A stretch of 64,000 bases of DNA from Bacteroidaceae bacterium (GTDB lineage: Bacteria; Bacteroidota; Bacteroidia; Bacteroidales; Bacteroidaceae). How positions within the stretch are numbered: the first letter of the stretch is position 1; the number at the start of each line of letters is the position of its first letter. The DNA lies in contig JAGCPB010000058.1 in NCBI GenBank assembly GCA_017642425.1, positions 59,106 to 123,105 on the forward strand, written 5' to 3'. Below the pieces are notes generated by a model. The model ran no database searches and had not been told where the DNA came from. It worked only from the letters and a program-made list of their open reading frames with translations. The position numbers were made by a program, and so were the translations under genes. Below are positions 55,802 to 64,000 of the stretch, piece after piece.

Positions 55802-56488
55802 TCAGTTAAGACGGAAGTTTACAGGTACCGTATATTTTACGCGTACGGGTTTGCCACGCTGTGAACCCGGTTTCCATTTAGGCATTCCGGCAATGACTCG
55901 GAGAGCCTCCTTATCAAGTGACGGGTTAACGCTCTTTACAACCTCCGGCTCTACTATGGCGCCGTCCTTGTTGACAATGAACGTTACAAGCACACGACCC
56001 TGGATATTGTTCTCACGGCAGATAGCCGGATACTTGATGTTCTTACGCAGATATTCCAGAAGTGCGGCGGTACCACCGGGGAATTCCGGCTGGTCCTCTA
56101 CAACCATGAATATCTCCTCCTCTTCGGGCTCCGGCTCAACCTCAACGTAGTCAATCTCGTCAAGGTCTACCCATTCCACGTTATCCTCGGTAGAAGCCAT
56201 GATATCCTCTTCTATATCAGCATCATCCTCTACTATCTCAATGATATCGGCCTTGGTAACGGCTGCAGGTGGTGGGGGGACGGTCTTCTTTTCAGGCAAT
56301 GTGATAGGAACCATCTCCTCATTGAGAGAAACGTCTCTTGCAGAATAGATCTCCGAGTTGTCCTCAACTTCTCTCTGGGTCCACTCGAGCGCCACGAACA
56401 TAACGGCAAGCGCCATCACAAATCCTATCAGGAGTGAGGTACTTTTACCTCTCTCAAGATCAGCGCGTTCAGACTTCTTGATTTCCAT
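55802..56488 (-). CDS. tonB: Energy transducer TonB
   Basis: 228 aa. N-terminal TM helix, Pro- and Glu-rich linker (PPPPAAV, EPEPEEEE) and a TonB C-terminal domain (GRVLVTFIVNKDG...KPGSQRGKPVRV). Confidence 0.85.
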   Translation of the reverse strand: MEIKKSERADLERGKSTSLLIGFVMALAVMFVALEWTQREVEDNSEIYSARDVSLNEEMVPITLPEKKTVPPPPAAVTKADIIEIVEDDADIEEDIMASTEDNVEWVDLDEIDYVEVEPEPEEEEIFMVVEDQPEFPGGTAALLEYLRKNIKYPAICRENNIQGRVLVTFIVNKDGAIVEPEVVKSVNPSLDKEALRVIAGMPKWKPGSQRGKPVRVKYTVPVNFRLN

Positions 56489-56532
56489 AATTATTAATAG
56501 TTTAGTTTTTAGGCACTTTTATTAACTTGCGG

Positions 56533-56540
56533 CAAAAATA
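56533..56540 (-). promoter_or_regulatory. -7 promoter box (TATTTTTG) upstream of tonB
   Basis: TAnnTTTG match 45 nt upstream of the tonB ATG. Confidence 0.35.
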
Positions 56541-56750
56541 CCAATATTTTTGTCATCCCAAATAACAAAAGGCCTTTTTTGTGTATTTTTAATACTTACA
56601 AGGCTCTCTCGTCTTCCTCGTTTCTGCCATATAAACGCAGGCGTTCTGCAAATACGTCTCCAATCTCAGAAAATTTTCAAATTTTTTTTCTTTGGCGGCA
56701 AGTGTACCTGTTTGGCTTTTAAAAACGTTATTAATACAATGTATTTTTTG

Positions 56751-56758
56751 TACATTTG
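56751..56758 (+). promoter_or_regulatory. -7 promoter box (TACATTTG) for porQ-cmk-ispH
   Basis: TAnnTTTG match 7 nt upstream of the ATG at 56766. Confidence 0.45.
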
Positions 56759-56765
56759 TTCCCCG

Positions 56766-57749
56766 ATGAAAAGAAACCTCCTGACAATAGCGTTAGCTTC
56801 ACTGCTGTTTGGAGCAAGCACCATACAGGCACAGAGTCTTGAGAGTTCATTCCAGTTTCTCAAGCTGCCTGTCTCCGCCCACAGTTCATCACTGGGCGGC
56901 CATGTGGTGTCTGTATTTGACCAGGACCCCGTACTGTTCATATCAAACCCGGCCGTACTGTCTGCCGTGGGCAGCCGCATGCTTGGACTGAACGCCATGA
57001 CCTGGTTCTCAGGCACCACCATAGCAGGAGCCCAGTTCTGCGACAGTTTTGACGAACGCTCCCGTTACGCATTCAACGCAAGATATGTAAACTACGGCAG
57101 GATGGACCAGACAACCCCTGACGGAACTGTTACCGGAACGTTCACCGCCAAGGACATAGCAGTGGGAGCATCGTGGGCATACATGCTTACTGATTATCTT
57201 AGCGGCGGCGTGACCGGCAACTTCATAACATCCCGCTACGGCTCCATGAGCTCTGTGGCAATAGGTGTTGACCTGGGGCTGATATACGATAACGGCAACG
57301 GCCTTACAGCAGGCCTTGCGGCCACAAATCTGGGCGGTCAGATCAAGGCTTTTGAGAACACATTCCAGAAACTGCCGTTTGACCTTTGCGCAGGCATAAC
57401 ATGGAAACCTGAACATGCCCCGTTAAGATTCACTGTCTCCTTAGACAACCTTACCCGCTGGGATGCCGGCCAGTTCTATTTTCAGGAGGATGATGACACC
57501 GGATTCGGCGAGATACTCAAGCGTCACCTCTCTCTTGGAGCAGACTTCAACCTGACTGAACGTTTCTACGTGGCCATGGGGTGCAACCTGCGCAACCGGG
57601 CCGAGCTCTCAGAGAAAGGCAACAAAGGATTCACAGGTTTTACCATCGGCACCGGAATACGGATAGGAAAGATCATGTTTGACCTCTCTTACGGCAAATA
57701 CCAGGTGTCAGAATCATCATTAATCTGCAATTTTGCATTCAACATATGA
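56766..57749 (+). CDS. porQ: Type IX secretion system outer-membrane barrel protein PorQ
   Basis: 327 aa from ATG at 56766 with signal peptide [24 protein letters not shown]-terminal motif [15 protein letters not shown], analogous to the PorV motif, and a C-terminal aromatic strand. cmk is adjacent. Confidence 0.72.
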   Translation: MKRNLLTIALASLLFGASTIQAQSLESSFQFLKLPVSAHSSSLGGHVVSVFDQDPVLFISNPAVLSAVGSRMLGLNAMTWFSGTTIAGAQFCDSFDERSRYAFNARYVNYGRMDQTTPDGTVTGTFTAKDIAVGASWAYMLTDYLSGGVTGNFITSRYGSMSSVAIGVDLGLIYDNGNGLTAGLAATNLGGQIKAFENTFQKLPFDLCAGITWKPEHAPLRFTVSLDNLTRWDAGQFYFQEDDDTGFGEILKRHLSLGADFNLTERFYVAMGCNLRNRAELSEKGNKGFTGFTIGTGIRIGKIMFDLSYGKYQVSESSLICNFAFNI

Positions 57750-58429
57750 AAAAGATCATCATAGCTATGGACGGGCATTCGTCCTGCGGCAAGAGCACCA
57801 TGGCCAAGACCCTTGCCAAGAAGATTGGCTACACCTACATTGACACCGGAGCCATGTACCGTACAGTGACGCTTTATGCACTGCGGCGCGGTTTCATAAA
57901 CGGTGATGTCATTGATGAGGAATCACTGCGCCGGGAACTGCCCGGGATAGAGATATCTTTCGGTCATGACGATCAGGGCAAGCAATACACCATGCTAAAC
58001 GGAGAGAACGTGGAGCGTGAAATACGCGGCATGGAGGTATCGGGCAAGGTCAGTCCCATATCGGCCATACCGTTTGTACGTGAAGCCATGGTTGAGCAGC
58101 AGAGAGCCATGGGCAGCAAGGGGGCTGTGATTATGGACGGTCGTGACATAGGTACCACCGTATTCCCCAACGCTGAACTAAAGATTTTCGTAACGGCCAG
58201 CGATGAGATACGTGCCCGCCGCCGTTTTGACGAGCTTACGCTTAAGGGAGAAAACCCGGTATATGAAGACGTGCTCAAGAATGTAAGGGAGCGTGACTAC
58301 ATAGATTCACACCGTGCTGTATCGCCATTGAGAAAGGCCGATGACGCCATTGTGCTTGACAACAGCGACATGACTTTCCAGCAGCAGGACGAATGGCTTA
58401 TGGAACATTATCTTGAAGCCGCAAAATAA
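57746..58429 (+). CDS. cmk: Cytidylate kinase
   Basis: 227 aa. [14 protein letters not shown]-loop and [13 protein letters not shown] overlap with porQ. Confidence 0.95.
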   Translation: MKKIIIAMDGHSSCGKSTMAKTLAKKIGYTYIDTGAMYRTVTLYALRRGFINGDVIDEESLRRELPGIEISFGHDDQGKQYTMLNGENVEREIRGMEVSGKVSPISAIPFVREAMVEQQRAMGSKGAVIMDGRDIGTTVFPNAELKIFVTASDEIRARRRFDELTLKGENPVYEDVLKNVRERDYIDSHRAVSPLRKADDAIVLDNSDMTFQQQDEWLMEHYLEAAK

Positions 58430-58435
58430 CAGGCC

Positions 58436-59299
58436 ATGACGGTAGAGATAGACAACGACTCAGGATTCTGCTTTGGAGTGCTTTCAGCCATAGGCAAGGC
58501 CGAGGAGGAACTGCGCAAGGACAATGAGTTGTTCTGTCTGGGCGATATTGTACACAACGGCATAGAATGCGAGCGGCTGCAGGGTTTGGGGCTCAAGACC
58601 ATAAACCATGAGCAGTTCAGTTCCCTGCAGGGTGCAAAAGTGCTCCTGCGTGCCCACGGCGAACCGCCCTCAACCTACCAGACCGCACATGAAAACGGAA
58701 TAACCCTGATTGACGCCACCTGCCCTGTGGTGCTTAAGCTGCAGCAGCGCATACACCGCCAGTATCAGGAACTTGACCCTGCCACACAGCAGATCATCAT
58801 ATTCGGTCAGAAAGGACATGCCGAGGTCCTGGGGCTTGTAGGCCAGACAGAGGGAACGGCAACCATCATTGAATCGGCCGATGAGATAGACCGCATAGAC
58901 TTTAATAAGGACATATTCCTCTACTCCCAGACCACAAAATCAGCATCCAGCTATAACCAGCTGATAGATAAGATTACGGAGCGTGTACGCGTAGGCCGCC
59001 GGTTTGTCCATAACAACACCGTTTGCGGACAGGTGTCACACCGCCGCGAGAACATACGTGAATTTGCCAGCCGGCATGACGTGATACTGTTCGTGTCAGG
59101 GCGCAAAAGCTCAAACGGCAAGGTGCTGTTCAACGAGTGCCTTAACGTGAACCCCAGATCCTATATGATAGAGGGAAAAGATGACATAGACTTCAGGAAA
59201 CTGGATGGAGCGGAGTCTGTAGGGATATGCGGTGCAACTTCAACGCCAAAGTGGCTTATGGAGGAGTGCCGAGACTATATACTTAAAAATGAAAATTGA
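58436..59299 (+). CDS. ispH: 4-hydroxy-3-methylbut-2-enyl diphosphate reductase
   Basis: 287 aa with the three Cys contexts GFCFGV, DATCPVV and NTVCGQV. Confidence 0.95.
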   Translation: MTVEIDNDSGFCFGVLSAIGKAEEELRKDNELFCLGDIVHNGIECERLQGLGLKTINHEQFSSLQGAKVLLRAHGEPPSTYQTAHENGITLIDATCPVVLKLQQRIHRQYQELDPATQQIIIFGQKGHAEVLGLVGQTEGTATIIESADEIDRIDFNKDIFLYSQTTKSASSYNQLIDKITERVRVGRRFVHNNTVCGQVSHRRENIREFASRHDVILFVSGRKSSNGKVLFNECLNVNPRSYMIEGKDDIDFRKLDGAESVGICGATSTPKWLMEECRDYILKNEN

Positions 59300-59319
59300 G
59301 AATTGAGAATTGAGAATTA
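59285..59319. repeat. Heptamer tandem array (aaaaatg aaaattg agaattg agaattg agaatta) spanning the ispH stop codon
   Basis: Five 7-nt units. The first 20 nt are identical to 29335-29354. Confidence 0.8.
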
Positions 59320-59343
59320 CTAACCTATAACCAGTTACAGATT

Positions 59344-60297
59344 ATGAGTTTAAAGTACAATGAGATTGGCAAGACCGGAATGAAAGTGGCCAGACTGGCA
59401 TTCGGAGCATCATCACTGGGTGGAGTATTCCATGAGATAAATGAGAAGAAAGCCATCGAGGCTGTATTTACAGCCGTTGACAACGGACTGAACTTTATAG
59501 ACGTATCACCCTATTACGGCCATTACAAGGCAGAGACCGTGCTGGGCAAGGCACTTAAGGATATACCGCGCAGCAAATACTACCTGTCAACCAAGGTAGG
59601 CCGTTACGGAAAGGACGGAGTGAACACCTGGGACTACAGCGCCAAGCGTGCCACGGAAAGTGTCTATGAGAGCATGGAACGCCTCAACATAGACCATATA
59701 GACCTTATCAACGTACATGACATAGAGTTCCAGGCAGCACTGCCCGGCGGCTTGCAGAAGGTGGTTGATGAGACCCTGCCCGCACTTGTGGAACTGCGTG
59801 ATAAAGGTGTAGTAAGCCACGTGGGTATAACAGACCTCCAGCTTGAAAACCTTAAGTGGGTGGTTGACCACGCTCCCGCAGGAACCGTAGAGAGCATACT
59901 CAACTTCTGCCATTTCTGCCTTAATGATGACAAGCTGAATGACTACTTAGGCTACTTTGAGCAGAAAGGCATAGGCGTCATCAACGCCTCACCGCTTGCC
60001 ATGGGTCTGCTATCGGAGCGCGGTGTACCTGACTGGCATCCCGCACCCAAACCTCTGGTAGAGGTCTGCGCCAAGGCAGCACAGCACTGCAAGGCCCGCG
60101 GCACATCCATAGAGAAGCTGGCCGTGCAGTACTCATACAGCAATCCGCGAATAGCCACCAACCTGTTCAGCTCTGCCAACCCGGCCAACGTGCTCAAGAA
60201 CATTGAGGCCGTGCAGGAGCCGCTTGACTGGGACCTTGTATTTGAGGTACGTGAAATCATAGGCAGCCAGCAGAGAGTAACCTGGTGCAACTCATGA
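59344..60297 (+). CDS. Aldo/keto reductase, L-galactose (or L-fucose) 1-dehydrogenase-like
   Basis: 317 aa. Motifs FGASSLGGVF and NFIDVSPYYG, as in plant L-galactose dehydrogenase-type AKRs. First gene of a four-gene sugar-acid operon. Confidence 0.75.
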   Translation: MSLKYNEIGKTGMKVARLAFGASSLGGVFHEINEKKAIEAVFTAVDNGLNFIDVSPYYGHYKAETVLGKALKDIPRSKYYLSTKVGRYGKDGVNTWDYSAKRATESVYESMERLNIDHIDLINVHDIEFQAALPGGLQKVVDETLPALVELRDKGVVSHVGITDLQLENLKWVVDHAPAGTVESILNFCHFCLNDDKLNDYLGYFEQKGIGVINASPLAMGLLSERGVPDWHPAPKPLVEVCAKAAQHCKARGTSIEKLAVQYSYSNPRIATNLFSSANPANVLKNIEAVQEPLDWDLVFEVREIIGSQQRVTWCNS

Positions 60298-61211
60298 AAA
60301 TAATAGACGCCCACTCCCACCTTTGGCTGCGTCAGGACACCGTAGTAAACGGCTATCCCATACGCACGCTTGAGAACGGCCGCTCCCTGTTTATGGGCGA
60401 GGTACGCCAGATGATACCACCGTTTATCATAGACGGCCGCAACACGGCAGAAATATTCCTATCCAACATGGATTATGCCCAGGTGACAGCCGCCGTCGTG
60501 GTACAGGAATTCATCGATGGAATCCAGAATAATTATCTGGCCGATGTCCAGAAACGCTACCCTGACCGCTTCATTGTATGCGGTATGGCCGATTACCGTA
60601 AACCCGGATATCAGGAAGAGGTCCGCAGTCTGATAGCGCAAGGATTCAAGGGCATTGCCATTCCCGGACACCGCCTGCAGACTCCACAGGGACGCGTAAG
60701 TCTTACCTGCCCGGAGATGATGCAGATGTTCCGCCTCATGGAGCAGAAAGGAGTGTTCCTTTCCATAACCCTTGAGGACGGAGCCGTGCAGGTACCTGAG
60801 ATGGAAGAGGTCATACAGGAGTGCCCCAACCTAAAGATTGCAGTGGGTCACTTTGGAATGGTCACCGTACCCGGCTGGATGGAGCAGATACGCCTGGCCA
60901 GCCACAAGAACGTGATGATAGAATCAGGAGGCATAACCTGGCTTTTCAACGATGAATTCTACCCGTTCAACGGAGCGGTCCGGGCCATCCGTGAGGCTGC
61001 CGATGAGGTTGGTATGGACAAGCTGATGTGGGGATCTGATTACCCGCGCACCATTACCGCCATAACCTACCGCATGTCTTATGATTTCATACTCAAAACC
61101 ACCCATTTGACCGATGAATCCAAGGCATTGTTCCTGGGTCTTAACGCGGCCCGATTCTACGATATTAATACAGAAATAGATTTACCTTACATAAAAAACA
61201 TGTCAGAATGA
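60294..61211 (+). CDS. Amidohydrolase-superfamily lactonase (COG3618 type; aldono-1,5-lactonase-like)
   Basis: 305 aa from ATG at 60294 (MKIIDAHSHLW). ATGA overlaps with both neighbours. Confidence 0.75.
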   Translation: MKIIDAHSHLWLRQDTVVNGYPIRTLENGRSLFMGEVRQMIPPFIIDGRNTAEIFLSNMDYAQVTAAVVVQEFIDGIQNNYLADVQKRYPDRFIVCGMADYRKPGYQEEVRSLIAQGFKGIAIPGHRLQTPQGRVSLTCPEMMQMFRLMEQKGVFLSITLEDGAVQVPEMEEVIQECPNLKIAVGHFGMVTVPGWMEQIRLASHKNVMIESGGITWLFNDEFYPFNGAVRAIREAADEVGMDKLMWGSDYPRTITAITYRMSYDFILKTTHLTDESKALFLGLNAARFYDINTEIDLPYIKNMSE

Positions 61212-62434
61212 GCAATAACCCTAAATCACCCAAGAACACCGTTGCATTGGCAATGGTATTCAGCCTGTTTTTCCTCTGGGCCATCAGCAACAACCTGCTT
61301 TCGCCCGTAGTCAACAAGATGATGTCACTCTTTAACATTAATCAGGCACGCGCCGAGTTTGTGGAGACATCATACTGGTTTGCATATTTCCTGTTCCCCA
61401 TACCTATTGCCATGTTCATGAAGCGTTTCAGCTACAAGGCAGGCATTGTACTGGGACTACTCATCTCTGCCGTAGGCGGACTGCTGTTCCTGCCCGTGAC
61501 ATCATTGCACAGTTTCCCATTGTACCTTTGTGCATTCTTCATTGTAGCCATTGGTATGTGTTTCCTTGAGACCGCAGCCAACCCTTACGTAACTGAACTT
61601 GGTGATCCCGCCACCGCTCCGCGCCGGCTCAACCTGGCGCAGGCATTCAATGGTCTTGGAGCTTTCATAGCCGCCATGTTCCTGAGCAAACTCATCCTGA
61701 TAGATGACGCCGCCACCAACACTCTGCCTGATGCAGAGATCCATAACTTCAAGCTCACATACACCATATTCGGCATAGTTCTGATACTGATTGCCATAGT
61801 GATGGGATTCACCAAACTGCCACGCATCCAGGCCGAGGATGATGACACACAGAGCAGCGGCAAACTGATTTCATTCAGTGTACTCAAGCGCCGTCATCTG
61901 CGCAACGGTGTCATTGCCCAGTTCTTCTATAACGGCGGCCAGACCGCAGTGAACAGCCTCTTTATAGTCTATTGCGTCAAGTACGCAAACCTGACTCATG
62001 ACAAGGCCACAACCCTGTTCGGATTCTACATGCTTGCATTCCTGCTTGGCCGATGGATAGGCGCATGGCTCATGGGCAAGTACCAGCCCAAGAACATGCT
62101 GGTGGTTTACGGACTGGCCAACGTCGTTCTGTGCGCGGTAATCTGCCTCTCAAGCGGCATGACTGCCATATACGCAATGATGGGCATATCATTCTTTATG
62201 TCAATCATGTACCCCACACAGTTCTCACTGGCGCTTACCGACCTTAAGGGTGAGACCAAGAGCGGATCGGCGTTCCTGGTAATGGCTATTGTGGGCAACT
62301 CCATACTGCCGCTGCTCACCGCCAAGTTTCAGGTATCACTCACATCAAACCCCAGCCTGGCATACATCATTCCGCTGGTTTGCTTTGCTGTCTGCGCCTG
62401 GTACGGATGGAAAGGACATAAAATCGTTGATTAA
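61208..62434 (+). CDS. FucP-like sugar:proton symporter (MFS)
   Basis: 408 aa with 12 TM helices. Resembles the L-fucose/glucose-galactose permease subfamily (FLETAANPY motif). Confidence 0.8.
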   Translation: MSNNPKSPKNTVALAMVFSLFFLWAISNNLLSPVVNKMMSLFNINQARAEFVETSYWFAYFLFPIPIAMFMKRFSYKAGIVLGLLISAVGGLLFLPVTSLHSFPLYLCAFFIVAIGMCFLETAANPYVTELGDPATAPRRLNLAQAFNGLGAFIAAMFLSKLILIDDAATNTLPDAEIHNFKLTYTIFGIVLILIAIVMGFTKLPRIQAEDDDTQSSGKLISFSVLKRRHLRNGVIAQFFYNGGQTAVNSLFIVYCVKYANLTHDKATTLFGFYMLAFLLGRWIGAWLMGKYQPKNMLVVYGLANVVLCAVICLSSGMTAIYAMMGISFFMSIMYPTQFSLALTDLKGETKSGSAFLVMAIVGNSILPLLTAKFQVSLTSNPSLAYIIPLVCFAVCAWYGWKGHKIVD

Positions 62435-62489
62435 TGACCGCGTTGCGGTCAGCTATTAGCCATCGCAGAGCGATGTTAAAACATATAAT

Positions 62490-63509
62490 ATGAGACAGAT
62501 TAGGATTCCCGCACAGGGAGAGATGATTGTGGAGCAGGCATCCAAGCCAACAGCAGGTGCTGGTCAGGTGCTGCTTAAGATTAAATATGTAGGATTCTGC
62601 GGATCGGACCTTAATACATTTCTGGGCCGTAACCTGATGGCCAAGGAGGCTGTCATTCCCGGTCACGAAATAGGTGCCGTGATAGAAAGCACAGGCACAG
62701 ATGTTCCGGCTTTCCTTACTCCAGGCATGACCGTAACCGTAAATCCCTATACCAATTGCGGACACTGCGCTGCCTGCCGTTCCGGCCACAGCAACGCCTG
62801 CGAATTCAACGAGACTCTGGGCGTGCAGCGTGACGGCGCCATGCGTGACTATATGGTACTGCCATGGCAGAAAATAATACCGGCACAAGCCATTTCACCG
62901 CGTGATTGCGCCTTGATTGAGCCCATGAGCGTAGGATTCCATGCCGTATCACGAGCGCAGGTTACAGATTCTGACGTGGTGCTGGTATTTGGTTGCGGAA
63001 TGATAGGTGTAGGAGCAATAGTACGTGCATCACTGCGCGGAGCTACCGTCATTGCGGTTGATCTGGACAATGACAAACTGGCTCTGGCCCGCCGTCTGGG
63101 AGCAACCCACACAATCAACTCAAAAGAGCAGGATCTGCATACGGAAATCATCGGTTTGACCGATGGATTGGGTCCAACCGTGGTAATTGAAGCCGTCGGC
63201 AGTGTGCCCACATATCAGGCAGCCATTGACGAGGTTGCATTCTCCGGCCGGGTAGTCTGCATCGGCTATTCAAAGAATGACGTAACCTTCCACACCAGCC
63301 TCTTCGTAAAAAAGGAAATAAACATCCACGGCTCCCGCAACGCCATGCCATCCGACTTTGAGGCCGTAATCCGCTACCTCCAGCGCGGCAACTGCCCCAA
63401 GGACGAACTCATATCTGCAGTCGTCAAACCGGACGACGCCATCGGCGCAATGCAGAAATGGGTGGAGGATCCTGGCAAAGTCTTCCGTATTCTGGTAGAC
63501 TTCGCATGA
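62490..63509 (+). CDS. Zinc-dependent medium-chain dehydrogenase, L-galactonate 5-dehydrogenase-like
   Basis: 339 aa. GFCGSDLNTF, PGHEIGAVIE, structural-Zn cysteines CGHCAACRSGHSNAC and the Rossmann motif VFGCGMIGVG. Confidence 0.75.
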   Translation: MRQIRIPAQGEMIVEQASKPTAGAGQVLLKIKYVGFCGSDLNTFLGRNLMAKEAVIPGHEIGAVIESTGTDVPAFLTPGMTVTVNPYTNCGHCAACRSGHSNACEFNETLGVQRDGAMRDYMVLPWQKIIPAQAISPRDCALIEPMSVGFHAVSRAQVTDSDVVLVFGCGMIGVGAIVRASLRGATVIAVDLDNDKLALARRLGATHTINSKEQDLHTEIIGLTDGLGPTVVIEAVGSVPTYQAAIDEVAFSGRVVCIGYSKNDVTFHTSLFVKKEINIHGSRNAMPSDFEAVIRYLQRGNCPKDELISAVVKPDDAIGAMQKWVEDPGKVFRILVDFA

Positions 63510-63510
63510 C

Positions 63511-63536
63511 ACACAAAGGGGGCGACCCCTTTGTGT
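63511..63536. terminator. GC-rich hairpin between convergent stop codons
   Basis: 11-bp stem acacaaagggg/cccctttgtgt with loop gcga. No U-tract on either side. Confidence 0.55.
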
Positions 63537-63955
63537 CAAATGACGCCTGTCAGCAACACGGTTTTTTCCTCACCGTTTGAGTCTATGCCCGTTACAGGTA
63601 TTTCAATGTGGATGGTAATGGAATCGTCCCAGAGATATGAGTAACCCTCTTTAGTGTAAAGATAGGTTTTAGTGTAAAGATAGGTATCATAATCAACACT
63701 AAACGGTACGGTCCCTTGGGTAAAGAAATCCTGGAAACCCATTGTTATATAAGGTTCCTTAAGATGCTCGTACTGTTTTATGTACTCGTTTACTATGAGA
63801 CTCATTTCCGGATATCTGACCATAATTCCCCTCATTGCAATCTCAAATAAGTCTGATATATCCTCTCCAGCCGGACGGCCATCGACTTCAACATCTGCAT
63901 ATACTCTTGCGGAACCGGAAATGCCACCATATACAACTTTAAGATATGTGTCCAT
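63536..63955 (-). CDS. Hypothetical protein (possibly 5'-incomplete: frame open to the window end)
   Basis: 139 aa from the first ATG. The upstream in-frame codons 63956-64000 contain no stop, so the gene may extend beyond the window. AT-rich, with no recognisable motif. Confidence 0.45.
   Translation of the reverse strand: MDTYLKVVYGGISGSARVYADVEVDGRPAGEDISDLFEIAMRGIMVRYPEMSLIVNEYIKQYEHLKEPYITMGFQDFFTQGTVPFSVDYDTYLYTKTYLYTKEGYSYLWDDSITIHIEIPVTGIDSNGEEKTVLLTGVI
63650..63685 (-). repeat. Perfect 18-bp tandem duplication inside the hypothetical CDS
   Basis: tttagtgtaaagataggt x2, an in-frame duplication of TYLYTK. Confidence 0.9.
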
Positions 63956-64000
63956 CCCTACCTCATATCTGAATCTGTAATGAGAGAGTGTATCGGCAAG

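Noticed and set aside
56271-56290. ggggacggtcttc inside tonB as a possible third copy of the palindrome core
   Set aside because: Only 9 nt match and there is no inverted partner. The sequence encodes the Pro-rich TonB linker on the other strand, so the match is coincidental.
56550-56765. 72-codon extension upstream of porQ
   Set aside because: It starts at a non-ATG codon and crosses T-rich promoter-like sequence. The signal peptide starts at ATG 56766.
1-64000. CRISPR arrays, rRNA operons, insertion sequences, prophage or conjugative elements
   Set aside because: I saw no regularly spaced direct repeats and no transposase, integrase or recombinase-like ORFs. Every large ORF is accounted for by chromosomal functions.

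Overview
Compact chromosomal segment that is almost entirely core genome, from a member of the order Bacteroidales (phylum Bacteroidota). The genus cannot be assigned from sequence alone. I call about 54 protein-coding genes and one tRNA-Val. I saw no rRNA, CRISPR array, transposase, integrase or phage genes. Many ORF-track entries begin at TTG or GTG or are extended at the 5' end, so I trimmed several starts by eye.

Content, left to right:
- Type IX secretion (T9SS): porU-porV at the left end, porQ further right, and one clear cargo metalloprotease carrying a T9SS C-terminal sorting domain.
- Translation: tsf-rpsB, rplM-rpsI, rpmF, asnS, trpS, era and der.
- The tig-clpP-clpX-recQ block.
- guaB, followed by three SurA/parvulin-like genes, an OstA-like gene, a small membrane protein and mutL.
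- Isoprenoid genes: ispF, ispH and a polyprenyl synthase.
- Several transporters: MFS, NSS (neurotransmitter:sodium symporter), POT and FucP-like.
- A few secreted hydrolases: GH2, a PI-PLC-like protein, M28, an EEP-family (endonuclease/exonuclease/phosphatase) protein and a DUF4832 protein.
- A four-gene L-galactose-type catabolic operon at the right end.

Bacteroidota-style TAnnTTTG -7 promoter boxes sit directly upstream of many start codons, leaving very short leaders.

Hunt result: I found no convincing new multi-gene system such as a defence, toxin or secretion module. The least-explained signals are:
1. Two intergenic perfect palindromes that share the core TGGGGACGGTTC/GAACCGTCCCC. One is the other with a second palindrome nested at its centre.
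2. A dispersed 20-nt identical AT-rich block that expands into GAGAATT heptamer arrays.
3. Translational coupling of T9SS outer-membrane barrel genes to MEP-pathway genes, seen twice.
4. Several unusual domain architectures: an M28 peptidase with a C-terminal beta-barrel, a pseudouridine synthase with a ~210-aa Q/G/R/Y-rich N-terminus, and an EEP enzyme with a Gly-rich insert.
5. A PI-PLC-like gene overlapping a GH2 gene.

All family assignments rest on motif recognition by eye, not on database searches.
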